DNA of 62,633 bases, the filler included, from Hausera hauseri (taxonomy: Eukaryota): the NCBI GenBank assembly GCA_046269625.1. It is 9 parts of 9 records of this genome, joined end to end, with 100 filler letters (N's around TTAATTAATTAA, not from the genome) between each part and the next. Parts side by side here need not be neighbours in the genome. Positions count along the whole stretch, not along the records: positions 18,264 to 24,368 come from JBJURY010140316.1; positions 24,469 to 30,269 come from JBJURY010186638.1; positions 30,370 to 35,814 come from JBJURY010225964.1; 6 more parts are not named here. The stretch is one strand, 5' to 3'. Under the pieces are notes generated by a model, which had not been told where the DNA came from, did not search any database, and worked only from the letters and a program-made list of their open reading frames with translations. Made by a program: the position numbers and the translations under genes. Shown one piece after another: positions 21,901-32,305 of this stretch. Position 1 is the first letter of the stretch. Every line of letters starts with the position of its first letter.

Positions 21901-23619
21901 TTACGACGATTGAGAAAAGGGGATGAAGTGTTGCTGTTCCTACCAGACAAAAAGAACAAACTGTTTACACAGTGGCAAGGGCCGTACCTAGTGGCAAAGA
22001 AGATCTCGACTGTTAATTATGAAGTTGAGGTCAACGGCAAACGTAAGAAATTCCACATAAATATGCTGAAGAAATTTACTAGACGCCCCAAGCAGACGGT
22101 TCCCGATGATGACATGGATAAAGAAATAATCGGGTGTGTGGTAATACAGGAAAACGACAACACCAGCGAAGGGGTCGATGACATTGCCACGGCGCAGGGA
22201 CGAGAGTGTAAATCCTGGGTGGATGTGGACATATCGAATCTGGAAGGAAAGAGGCAAGACGATGTCAAACAGTTACTGCAGAGATTCAGTAAAATATTCT
22301 CTGACAAACCCGGCAAAACAAAAGCAATGGTCCATGACATAATGTTAGTAGATGACAAACCCATAAGACTAAACCAGTACACGGTCCCAGTACACCTAAG
22401 AGAGAAGCTGAGAACTGAACTAGAAGACTTATTGGAGGCGGGAATAATAGAACACTCTGACTCACCTTATGCCTCACCAATAGTACTGGTCAAGAAAAAG
22501 GATGGAGGTATTAGACTTTGTGTTGACTATCGCCAGCTAAATAAAGTGACAGTTTTCGACCCATTCCCAATGCCAAACCAGGAAGACATTACGGCATTAT
22601 TGGCACAAGCCAAGTTTTTTACGAAACTGGACTTAGCCCGGGGGTATTGGCAAATCCCACTCTCAGACAAGGCTAAACCACTAACAGCTTTCATAACGTC
22701 ACTAGGTCTTTTCCAGTGGAACTGTATGAGCTTCGGTTTAGTGAACGCTCCGGCAACTTTCAACAGAATGATGACAAAATTACTGGCAGGAAGGACAGAT
22801 GCAATAGCTTACTTGGACGATATATGCGTCTTTCATGAAAGTTGGGACAAGCACGTGGCTGGCGTGGCCGACATGTTCCAAATACTGCAGGATAATAACT
22901 TAACAGTACAGCCAACAAAAGTTGAAATGGGACTAACCGAAATCACTTTTTTGGGACATAAAGTCGGTCGTAACACAATCAAACCCATAGATGATAATGT
23001 TGGCAAAATATTGAACATCAAAATACCAACGACGAAGAAACAAGTGCGAAGTGTTATTGGCCTATGCAGTTATTACAGAAAATTTCTCAACGGCTTTGCA
23101 GATATTGTGAGGCCTTTGATAGACCTGGTACAACAAGGCAAGCCAAAGAGGGTCAACTGGACAGCTGAATGCGATAGGGCGTTGACAAGTATTAAGAGAG
23201 CCTTTGAAAGTGAGCCAATTTTACAACTGCCTGACATAACAAGGGAATTCTACGTAGCTACAGATGCATCGGCCACGGCTGTGGGTGCCTGCCTTATGCA
23301 AAAAGACGATAACGGTGTGTTCCACCCGGTGCTTTACATCAGCAGAAAACTGTCGGATGCAGAGGTGAAGCTCTCAACGCTAGAGAGAGAGGCACTCAGT
23401 ATAATCTTTGCAGTAACCAAACTAGCGAGATATTTGATAGGGGCACAGTTCACCCTCTTCACAGACCATGAGCCGTTAGCGTTCATAGACACGAAAAAAC
23501 TGTACAACCACAGAGTGGCAAGATGGGCCCTTATATTGCAGAATTACCAGTTCACAGTCACCCCCATTCCAGGAAAAGACAATGTGATAGCGGACATTCT
23601 ATCGAGGTGCACAACTTAA
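18934..23619 (+). CDS. Intact 1561-aa Gag-Pol polyprotein, Gmr1-like order Gag-PR-INT-RT-RNase H
   Basis: Coiled-coil with (EAAEKAAIR) repeats, capsid, two CCHC knuckles, LLDSGCS protease, integrase (AHDDMSH..CEVC, IDLIGP, LSDRGSQF, HPESNGICER, WQGPY), RT (CVDYRQLN, LDLARGYWQ, YLDD), RNase H (ATDAS, FTDH, IADILSR). Confidence 0.97.
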   Translation: MQQDVESEVPDKGSKQSRAAKFKEFFQIAKLRGSDDNACFEYAEKQMEAIDERDDRASERDEKQKIREAEERREIRDKEAAEKAAIREAAEKTAIREAAEKAAAREHELNMKRLEVETQKKPAADQQMSSTTVPSSTFIKKKLRDYEDGKDDMNAYLKRFEDNCTVQGVPQTEWANLLTNLMQGKALVICQKHDMTKGDAYEKMKGELLNVYGYNAQTFRQKFQNCLMSKKQEPQTYINDLCTYFDSWVKCSKVPTEYKALRDFILIDRIIHSADKELQAFLHERAPKTLDSILEILRIYQEAHPDRPMSKADYDDNTDLICLVGSHKRMGQRLEDVGKRSPYDRSEAEYEDRRDTEGHRGGGKWERQTRCFICNSQYHIARQCPEKQKEPREDHKQLYSRRCFICSSPHHLARYCKSRPTDDFDNRRNDDKGPPKRRSNSADAVNRRTRDTIGAVLCREGTITLHPAFVGNTATQVLLDSGCSTAVVDESLVLKSQYNGRTCLCTSFTGVVTELPRAEIFVDTPFYCGNLEVAVCKALVVPLILGNLPQVKKASDEEIKQWMIDRGFAGGQHRQENLCNVVVTRAQSKRDEPKSIAQEPTNKPAKEIRGEHPEEDKTMEVESSESKPTCNGRHRAIEEMNMPDMAKDQEQDPAIGKWYQAVKSQIPAPRKRSRLVMKNGILYRMYAKEGESLKQVVLPQRYWRRVVQIAHDDMSHMGVRNTKRHILTHFYFPGVHRYVAEYIRGCEVCQKRGYKGRNIQAPVQEVDIVHEPFAKIAIDLIGPIPVESNDGNRYILTMVDVCTRWPEAVPLSNISAENVAKALYTICTRIGFPEVILSDRGSQFTSELFRQFSGLLKIDQVFTTPYHPESNGICERYNGKLKQALNKIVSENPQNWDRFIPSVLFAHREMVHESTGFSPFQMVYGRSPRGPLEIYKDVICKPDIHISVRDAYQMVIDTREKIVQACQAAGHTVRTKGKKTRTRINKNRKLRRLRKGDEVLLFLPDKKNKLFTQWQGPYLVAKKISTVNYEVEVNGKRKKFHINMLKKFTRRPKQTVPDDDMDKEIIGCVVIQENDNTSEGVDDIATAQGRECKSWVDVDISNLEGKRQDDVKQLLQRFSKIFSDKPGKTKAMVHDIMLVDDKPIRLNQYTVPVHLREKLRTELEDLLEAGIIEHSDSPYASPIVLVKKKDGGIRLCVDYRQLNKVTVFDPFPMPNQEDITALLAQAKFFTKLDLARGYWQIPLSDKAKPLTAFITSLGLFQWNCMSFGLVNAPATFNRMMTKLLAGRTDAIAYLDDICVFHESWDKHVAGVADMFQILQDNNLTVQPTKVEMGLTEITFLGHKVGRNTIKPIDDNVGKILNIKIPTTKKQVRSVIGLCSYYRKFLNGFADIVRPLIDLVQQGKPKRVNWTAECDRALTSIKRAFESEPILQLPDITREFYVATDASATAVGACLMQKDDNGVFHPVLYISRKLSDAEVKLSTLEREALSIIFAVTKLARYLIGAQFTLFTDHEPLAFIDTKKLYNHRVARWALILQNYQFTVTPIPGKDNVIADILSRCTT

Positions 23620-24340
23620 CATTGGGAGGCCTGAGTTCACAAGACTATGGATATATTAAAGTACAGAAAAAGAAAAAAAAAATCTTTGCCCGCTTGTCGC
23701 GGTTTGAGATAATGATTTTGTTTGTGTATGACAATTTTGAAATATGAAATTGTATTGTGAAAAAAAAAAAACTGATAGTTATAAGTGAGTAAGTTGTATT
23801 CATCATATCTTCTTGTTCGATAATATGCATATATTTTTCCCATTGTTTGTCTTTGCTGGTAAAACAGCGTGTCCCACGGGGGACTATTCACAGTCAAGTA
23901 GTCTAGTATTAACAAAAAAAAAAATTGTCAATGTTTTACAATACTCTCCTTATAGTGGAAGGAACGGTAAAAACGTAAATGGGGTTATAATAATATTAGT
24001 ATTGGTAAAAGAATGTGGACATAGTGAACTTTAAGAATTAGAGGTCAGGTCAATACCGTAAAGAAAAAAAATGGTTATGGACATGTGAAATGATTATATT
24101 TTCTTTGAAAAAAAAAAACAAATGATGTCCACGATGTGTTTTTTGTAGTACGTTTTCTAGTTGGTATTTGGTCGGACTCCAATTTTTTTTTTCTCCCTCT
24201 CCTTCGCACATTGTGTACATTGAGTGGTTACTACACTGACTAGGGTAGGGGCAATTTTGCTAGGCACGGGCCAGGAAAGGAATTCTCTGATGAAAGTATT
24301 GATATTAGATTGTCGTGTCAACAACTGCGTAGTTGACACT

Positions 24341-24368
24341 TGGGATGGCGGTAAGGTGTTGTGATCAA
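24341..24368 (+). repeat. PPT and start of 3' LTR of Gmr1-like element (cut by linker)
   Basis: TGGGATGGCGGTAAGG followed by TGTTGTGATCAA at 24357. Confidence 0.85.
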
Positions 24369-24468
24369 NNNNNNNNNNNNNNNNNNNNNNNNNNNNNNNN
24401 NNNNNNNNNNNNTTAATTAATTAANNNNNNNNNNNNNNNNNNNNNNNNNNNNNNNNNNNNNNNNNNNN

Positions 24469-24800
24469 TGCATCGTATTTCAATCGGGAATGTGTCGTGT
24501 TATGGGTTGTCGCAAACCAATCACAGCTGATAAACTACTACCATTCGTAATTATCATTGACCTAATTCAATGAATAACGGTAACGACTCAGTTAAACTAC
24601 CACGAAGTAATCAATCTGTACAAATTTGCAATGGCTACTGTTGAATTTACGTATGAACCCGAAATGTTTCCTGCACTGAGACTGACATCGTTTCGCCCAC
24701 TTTGTGTCAATGTGTTTATCAGTGGAAAAATTGTACTCGGTATTCGGACAGTGGATTATGAATTGATTGTTAATCAAATTAAAAACCACATGTTAGTGAA
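24469..24800 (+). pseudogene. TATA-binding-protein-like gene in Polinton-like element (5' cut by linker, one in-frame stop)
   Basis: CIVFQSGMCRVMGC (repeat 1 end), IQ*ITVTTQLN..INLYKF, YEPEMFPALRL...VNVFISGKIVLG, compared with TBP YEPELFPGLIY..LLIFVSGKVVLTG. Confidence 0.8.
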
Positions 24801-25219
24801 TCAAAATGTACATTGCACAAGAACAACAAACTATAAATACCATTTGCATGCCCATTCAGACATTACTACCATGGAAGACGACTACAACGACAAAACGATT
24901 CTACTCAATGATGTCACTGATGAAAGTTCATATTTTTTGTGGTTGTTTGGGTACAAAAAGGACAATTCTAATGTCAAAATGCTGGAACCACCTGTCCAAC
25001 ACTTAGAAAAACCGGTTGATTGTCTGCAGGTTGATTGTATGGAAACGAATCAGGAACTTGCTCAGAAATCATCAGAAGCAGCAACAAAACCGACGTTAAA
25101 AAGGCTGAATGCAATGACTGGAATACGTAAACGAAGAAAATCAAAACCGTCGGCGTCGTCACGCCAAGCACAGATATTTTTACGAAACGAATTTTTCGCG
25201 TGTGAAATCCATTTTCTGC

Positions 25220-25459
25220 TCGACGGCGGTGTCATTGATTCAGACTTTCGTGGTGAAATTGAGGTGTTTCTGGAAAATCAATTTTAGGAACCCTGTTTTT
25301 TCGAAATGCAGTACAATTGCACAAATCGCTTTTCGATGTGAAGAGGCGGGATTCAGTATAATGTCACTGGAACAATAGGGGCTGTTTTGTTTTAATGAAA
25401 CATTGAATGAACGCAAAGAATTCGGTTTCGGTGACTTGGACACAACGACTTATGTTTAA
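25220..25459 (+). pseudogene. dUTPase C-terminal fragment
   Basis: GGVIDSDFRGEIEV (motif 3), TIAQIAF (motif 4), ERKEFGFG (motif 5-like), with stops and frameshift. Confidence 0.8.
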
Positions 25460-25548
25460 TTATTGTAATAATGTAAAAATACGTAGTAGTTGTTGCTTTT
25501 TGTTAGAAACAATAATGATGTACATGGATGATGATGATGATTATGATG

Positions 25549-26030
25549 ATGGCGACAGGATTTATGGGTATTGAGGCTTTTCAAGATAACAGTATTCGGT
25601 ATATAATAAAGGAATTATGCATAATGGACGTCTGTGATATGTGTCACCCGCTTGTGTACGTATTGAAGCCTGACGGTGAGTGGAAAAATCAGACGGAAAA
25701 GGCGCAAGTTACTAATGCGTTTCTTATACTACATCGTCATGAACTTTATTGGCATGAAGGCAATTCAGGCTTTTGTGTAACATGTATAATGAATGACGTT
25801 TGTGAACGCTTTGATATTAATAATACAATGTTTTACGTTAAAGATTAAATTGGTGGTCAAAAGTTTGCACACCTACACTGTCAATTTCCAGAGCTGCGAA
25901 TGACGACGTATCCCACATCGGCGGCATTGGTCATACCTGACAATATCCTATGTCCGTATCGTGAACACGGACCTCATTGTCTACAGAAAATATTTAGGTT
26001 TTTGTGTAGACTGTTTCATACAAATAAATG
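25549..26030 (+). pseudogene. DEDD-superfamily nuclease-like accessory gene of Polinton/adintovirus type
   Basis: GIEAF..YIIKELCI..YVLKP..W..TNAFL..HELYWHEG..FYVK, then CPYREHGPHC after an in-frame stop; pattern typical of Polinton accessory exonuclease-like ORFs. Confidence 0.55.
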
Positions 26031-26174
26031 TACGTGCGTATGTGTTCCTTTTTCTTTAATGGAAATTATTTCAATATTAAACTGGTATTATGTTGCGCAA
26101 CCATGTATCAAAGATTTTCCAATAACAACAAACTAGTATAATTAAAGCTGACATTTTCATTTCTTTTAAAAATA

Positions 26175-26780
26175 ATGAATAAAACAAGTACCTCCTCCTT
26201 CCCTTGGAAATTAGAAAATTTCTCAGATCAGAAAAAGAGTAATGATGGAGTAGAAGTAACGAGTGATTCATTTATTTTGCAGCAGTACAATTTCTGTATT
26301 AGAGTTTATCCGGGCGGTGATGGAATCGGAAGAAGTACGCATTTATCAGTTTTTGCACTTGTCAAAAGTGAACATGATGATTGATTGCAGTGGCCGTTTC
26401 GTTCAGTTATCCAAATGTCATTACGGAACAAATGGGGCGAGGTTACCTGCTCCGACAAATTGAAAACGGATTTACGATCGGTATGTTTCATGAAACCGAA
26501 TCCGGAAGACGAACGCAACATTGCAAGTGGATTTCCCAAATTTATTCCATTAATAAAATTACAATCACTTCTCCCGGATAATGACGATACGTTAATTATA
26601 AAATTTGATTTATTGGAACTTTCACCACCAACAACAACAATGAAGCAGCCAGAAACATCAATCAAACAGCTGGAAGCAGCAAGAAAACAACGAATTTTGG
26701 ATCTTATACAACAATTCTACAATTTAAGCACTTGTCAAATGCAAGTTATTGCTGCTATGCGTGATTTTGCAGATAAATAG
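26175..26780 (+). pseudogene. TRAF-type MATH domain protein in Polinton-like element (one in-frame TGA at 26382)
   Basis: FPWKLENF..SDSF..YNFCIRVYPGGDGIGRSTHLSVF..SEHDD*LQWPF..NIASGFPKFIPL..DDTLIIK, the canonical TRAF-C signature; intronless. Confidence 0.9.
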
Positions 26781-27004
26781 TTGTAATTCTTGTGTCAATA
26801 AATAATTATAGTATTATTTAGTCTCATTACTTTTATCTTCTTACTAGGACTAAGTTTATACATTTTTAACAGACATATTAACAAAAACCTCACTGGTCAT
26901 TTTTCCAGTACGCACACTTGCCTTATATAAACAAAACAGTTTCAACCAATGTGGCATATATAGAGGTGCAATTTCGCTTTATTTCTGTCTTTGTCTAGTA
27001 AAAA

Positions 27005-27483
27005 ATGTCTTCAGAAAACATCAACAACAACAATAACAATTTTATCGTGCAATGTGACAGTTCTGCGAGTCAGACAAGATAAAATCAGTATTCAGTCAGA
27101 CCGTTCCGGTTGTACAATGGCTACAAATTGAATTATCTACGTATGCCCATTCAATTGTCATTGGCGTAACAGGTCAAACTCAAACAGGTGAAATACGGTT
27201 TGTTGGCAAAGAAAGTCATCGACAGTAGTTTGGGCACGATGGAACGTATGCTGAAAAACGTCGGCAGTGTCCAGTGATATTCTGGACACATCACCTCTTT
27301 TTCTCAAGGGAAATATGAAAAAAGATTATCCGTTTAAGTGGTGACGAATTAACAACAACAGAAGCGACGACGTTGTTATCCGAAGGTACTAAAGGCTGTC
27401 TGACGGTGAAATTGAAAGGCTACAAAGAACTGTGTAACATTAAATCGCGAATGTGGAAATTGGGCAAATTTAGTTTTATTTGA
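27005..27483 (+). pseudogene. Degraded small Polinton accessory ORF of unknown function
   Basis: TATA-like elements near 26922 and 26957, ATG at 27005, coding-like composition ending GTKGCLTVKLKGYK..WKLGKFSFI-stop; several frameshifts. Confidence 0.3.
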
Positions 27484-27712
27484 CTTGCCTTTTGTGTTTT
27501 ATGATTAATACATTATTGATTTTACTTTTGTCTTAATTCGTTATTTTTATTAAATACCTTACATAAAAATAATACGTTAAATTAAATAGACAAAACAAAA
27601 TACGTGGAACAAATATACATTATTCACAATATGAAATAACAGCAAGTGTCATAGTTTATCAATTTTACTGGTCTGGCTGTCTTCGGCTGAGCTGTCTGAA
27701 TGTGCATGTGCT

Positions 27713-30269
27713 TTACTTCAACCACCAATGTCCATACGCCCAACTGTTATTTTGCCCCAAGCACTTTCGCTTGTCATCGTTGCATGACAAAGCAACCTTT
27801 TTATTTATGATGGTATACAGCTGGTGCTCAATCGATCGTATGGTCGTTTGAGACGCAACAGATTTTCTTTTCTCTTGTACATTATAGACACGGCGATAAT
27901 CACCATGATTTATTTACATTTGTTTCAGCTGGATGTTTTTTGCCCGCATTTTCAGTTTACAGTCAGGCACAAAACTGTAGCACTTTCGGCGCAAAAATAT
28001 CCATTCCCTGTTTTGAACAAGGCCTTCACTTTCGTCCTTGAAACAACAAATTTTGTTTGTTATCGCGCTGCTGTACAGAAATGGTTCTGCAGGTAGTTGG
28101 ACATGTCCAGTAGTCCATCTGGCATCATTTGTCAGAGTCGCTGGTCTTGATTGATGTTTTCCAGCTCAAGGAAAAAGCCGTCTGTGTCACCGGCAACGAT
28201 ACTGATCTCACAGCTGCCGCCTCCGCCAAACATTTGCCGGTAACATGCCAAGTCTCGATACTGGAGATCGTACATTCGCAACTTGCACAGGTCCAATACC
28301 ACTTGACCGATATAGCTTGGTCGGTTCAGTACGACTTCTTCCGGGTTTAACAGCATGGCGTTCAATCCATCGGCAATGACCATTGACCGCCTAAACTGAG
28401 CCTTGCTAATGTACGTAACCAGTCGTTTTTCATTGTTTCACAGGCGCACATTGAGCCGCTTCTTCAGATTTTCCACTGTTTTCCCGTACAGTGAATTGTT
28501 TTTCAGCTTGCAATAGTCGTTTTCGAACTTTGAACATTGACGTTGTATCGTCGTCATCACTGGTCACGTGGTGCTTGTTGACAAATGTCATGCAGCCACG
28601 AATACCAACAACAAATAGTCCGTACATTTCTGGGTCTTGCAACAGCTCAATTTCCCTGTCCAGCGACATTATTGCCGATGTCCAACTCATCCCTGGTATG
28701 GAGTAAAAGTGTAGTGGCTCTAGCCTATCTTCTGCCAACGCCTTAACACGAAATGTCTGAAACAAATCGGCTAACAAGTACACGTCCAGTTTCATGTACT
28801 GGAGCATGTACTCCAACATGTTTCTGCAGCCGAGCTCTGTCCACGCTTTCTGTGCTCTGTGGTACTCGTCCTCTGTGATTCCGGCCCACTGTGGCGGCAA
28901 TTCATCTGTTGTCTGAAGCCACTCGTACGACTCAGCAAAGTCATACAGTAATATGCCTTTGCTGCGTGCAATATGCGCAGGGAACTGCGTTAGTGTTAGC
29001 GGCACATCTGGCAAGGCATTTACGAGCTTTGCTAGAGACTCTTCAGGAACTGCAATGAGTCAAGAAACCGTACCTAGAACCGGTTTATGCGTGCCGATAG
29101 GGACAGGTACTTCTCCATCGTTGTTGGAATTACGGATAGTTCCCAGTGCGGAAATCCGTTTGTCACCCATTTCGGAATATTGTGACAGTCATAACCTCGA
29201 AAGTTATGAAATATTATCAGTAGAAATGGCCGAACACGCTTTGCCAAATTGCATACATTACATGCTGATCCCAGGTGTCGTCCGGTAAAGTGGCCGTGAT
29301 CAGGTATGAGCCGTTCCTGCACATCGAACGGCAATGTTTTATGGCCCAGGTAACATTCGTTAGTGGCAGCGAAAAGCAGCGATTTATATTCGTCTGCCCA
29401 GACCAATGGCTTCGTGCTGTTATTCCGATACCACGGCGCGATTTCCGTTTTCACTATTGTCTCCAACTGATGCAGAAAATCGAAGACACAGTTCCACCCG
29501 TGGAAAACGTAGTATTGTGGTTGTCCGTCGGCTTTAATTGGCACAACCACTATGCCAACGGCGATTGGGACATGCTTTTGGTTGTAGATGTTGTGCAGTA
29601 GTAAAATTGCCTCGATATCGGCATATATCACATATGCCGGACTGTCGGCTTTTGACCAGTCAATGAATCTCAGTTCCTTTTTGACTGGCATGACATACGT
29701 TATTGTTCCTGTTGCATTTTTCCTACACAGCGCCATGTTCTTTTCCCATGTCGCTTCTGATTTAAAGCCATGTATACATATGGGACACTGTTTGCAGCGT
29801 ATTCGTTTTTGGATAAAGTGATCATGGTCCATGCTTAGTAGTCTATCCAAATTTGTTACTTCAACATAATAAAAGTTTTCTGCAACAGCAACAAACTTAC
29901 TTGGTGTTCATTTGAGTTCCGACTGCGGCAGATTATGTCAACATGAGAATTTTTGTATATTTCTTCATCTGCCGGTATCTCTATGATTGTGTTGTACCGG
30001 AACACGCTTATTGACAATGTTGGATTGCGCCTTTCAAATGCCGGGATGGTTTTGAATTTTATCGGCATCCAGCTTTTGTCGTAGACCAATTCGGCGAAAT
30101 AAGTACTGTACTGCTTTGTACAATTTTTACGATGTCTAGACACTTGATCATGTTTTAATACGGCCAGAATATTGTAAAGAAAACAGTATTCGTCGTCCGT
30201 ATTTTGCACATTGACTACCGCCAGAGACTGCTTCAAGGCTTCAGGTATCGGTATGAATGACCGTCCGGA
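27713..30269 (-). pseudogene. Polinton-type pPolB, copy 2 (internal deletion, 5' cut by linker)
   Basis: NTDDEYCFLYNILA, YADIEA, DHGHFTGRHLGSACNVCN, FHNFRGYD, YMKLDVYLLADLF, RPSYIGQVVLDL, AGDTDGFF, WAYGHW-stop; collinear with copy 1 but lacks the motif A block near 28530. Confidence 0.93.
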
Positions 30270-30449
30270 NNNNNNNNNNNNNNNNNNNNNNNNNNNNNNN
30301 NNNNNNNNNNNNNTTAATTAATTAANNNNNNNNNNNNNNNNNNNNNNNNNNNNNNNNNNNNNNNNNNNNTTCGTTCGTTTTGTAAATAGTAGTGTGAATT
30401 TTATTTTGTACGACGAACTCATAATTGAGTACTACTACTCACAAGGAGA

Positions 30450-30871
30450 ATGATTGTGGCATCATTATTTTTCATGATTTGTTCGCTCTTTAGTACACAA
30501 CACAACATGAATAAAATACTACATATTTCACAAAAGTGATTGTAATGTTAGCCACAAGAAGCAGTAATGTCCTCATAGTATAGTCATTGGGTGTTGATAA
30601 TGAACTTGATTATATTCAACACGGTATGATGATGATTGCCGTTCAATTTGAGAAACTAACGATGGCGGATAATAAAATCCGAGCGGCTCGAATACTATGA
30701 CGACGTTGGTAGGATGGCAATTCAATGTTCGCCCGGCAACGATGAAGTTTGTGTATTTACAAAGCCACCAGTTTGTCTTAAATCACGCGGCACAAAGTCC
30801 AGTGGAAACACGCCACGAAATTTCTCGCCCAAGAGCAGTTTTCCGTAGTGACTGAGCTCGGTGTAGCTAAA
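30450..30871 (-). pseudogene. Adenain-like cysteine protease of Polinton
   Basis: KFRGVFPLDFVP..FVNTQTSSLPGEH*IAI and ..TASCG*H, the conserved His and Cys motifs of Polinton/adenovirus maturation protease. Confidence 0.85.
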
Positions 30872-30948
30872 TGTGAAAATGTGGTTTAAGAATAATAGTA
30901 ATAGTAATAAATTACTTCATAATACGACGGTGAGATAGCTGATTTTAT

Positions 30949-32143
30949 TTATACGATGACGGTTCCGTTTTTTGTTATTTTAACCTCCGCATCAAATACA
31001 CCGTAAATGTACATCACGGTAGATTTTAGCAAACGCTTTAGCAAAGTGAACCTTCAGTCTCAGGTTTCCTTGCTGAGGTAGTTGAGTGTGTTCAACGTCA
31101 TAATCCGGAGCCAGGACAAAGGTTAAAAATGGATAGGTGGACTTGAATAAATCCATCGATATGCCATTGTTGACATTTTTGTTCAGCATACCCATGTTGT
31201 GCACGATAGATTGCATATATGTGCAAACATAATCGCCAGTCTTGAAATTCTGTTTGTATATCTCAACGAAATCCGCATTTCGACCCAAACTGATGTAATT
31301 CACATTGTTATGGGTAAACGTTTCTGAATCGGTGGTATAACTGTCCGTTTGTTGAACAGTCGTTTGAATTGTAACGAGCACAAATTTCGGCAGTCGCATG
31401 TTGCCAAACATTGCATCTTTGTAAAACGTAGTTGAACTTTGGGTGTGGTGTAAAACTCGAGTTTTGTGTTGTATCGGGTAACAGGCATTTTGCGTTTCCA
31501 AGCCCAATCGATGTCCCACGAGCACAGGTGGTTCTACCTTTACTCGACGTACATATAATCGTGCCTCGGTAATTTTCAGTATGGGTTTGAGATTTGCAAC
31601 TGCAGTTTTCAAACAAAAGACATTGTCGCTGCGTTTGAGAGGAATCATGGCTTTAACACCGGGCAGTAGGTGTTTCGGCTGATCGAAAAAGTCAAAGTAC
31701 AGCGGTCCACACATTGTAAGTGCTTTTGATTCTAACACCCACATCTGACGGTTTTCTGCAGTGGCGTTATATCCGATGGTTTTCGCCAAATGAGTCGTTT
31801 TCGAGTCAGTACTGTAATCCAGATCCGTTTCAATGATTGCTTTGATACTGTATAGACCGGTGTTTCCTTCGATTTTGACGCTGTTTAGAGTCAGTGAAGC
31901 CTCTGGAACAGTGTGAGGAAAAGGTAATTGGCCGGTGTAATAGTGTCTGTTGCAGCGAGAACCGTTGATGCATTTTTTAACAAGGTATTCATTGTCCGAT
32001 GCCATAATGTTGAATTGAATGTCAATGTTATCGTCTGTTGAAACCGAATCATCAGGGTAGATTTCTTTAAATGCCGCATTGTCAATAAAAACATGTGGTG
32101 CGACTTTGTCAAATATACATAATCCAGATTTTGCAGATGTCAT
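30949..32143 (-). pseudogene. Polinton major capsid protein (double jelly-roll, hexon-like), frameshifted near C-terminus
   Basis: KSGLCIF..EIYP..IQFNI..NEYL, FFDQPKHLLPGV, LYVRRVKV, ACYPI, LPKFVLV, QGNLRLKVHFAK, and in another frame YGVFDAEVKITKNGTV-stop. Confidence 0.9.
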
Positions 32144-32158
32144 TTGTCTAACAATCAA

Positions 32159-32305
32159 TCAATCGAAAATCGTACAACGACGTTTGTTTATAGTTGAAGA
32201 GCTCGATGATGCTCTACGGCGTTTTCTCAAGCCACTGCCAGCGAATTGTTTTTTGACTGATTCAATGACTCCCGGTGCAGCGCTTTTTATTTCGGACAAG
32301 GCATG
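32159..32305 (-). pseudogene. C-terminal remnant of small basic Polinton core protein, fused to penton by deletion
   Basis: KKQFAGSGLRKRRR..TIFD: GSG adenain-type cleavage motif followed by a basic tail, just upstream of MCP. Confidence 0.55.

Noticed and set aside
18906-23021. Multiple minus-strand ORFs opposite the Gmr1 polyprotein (and similar ones opposite pol and pPolB)
   Set aside because: Antisense shadows of long coding frames; no motifs of their own.
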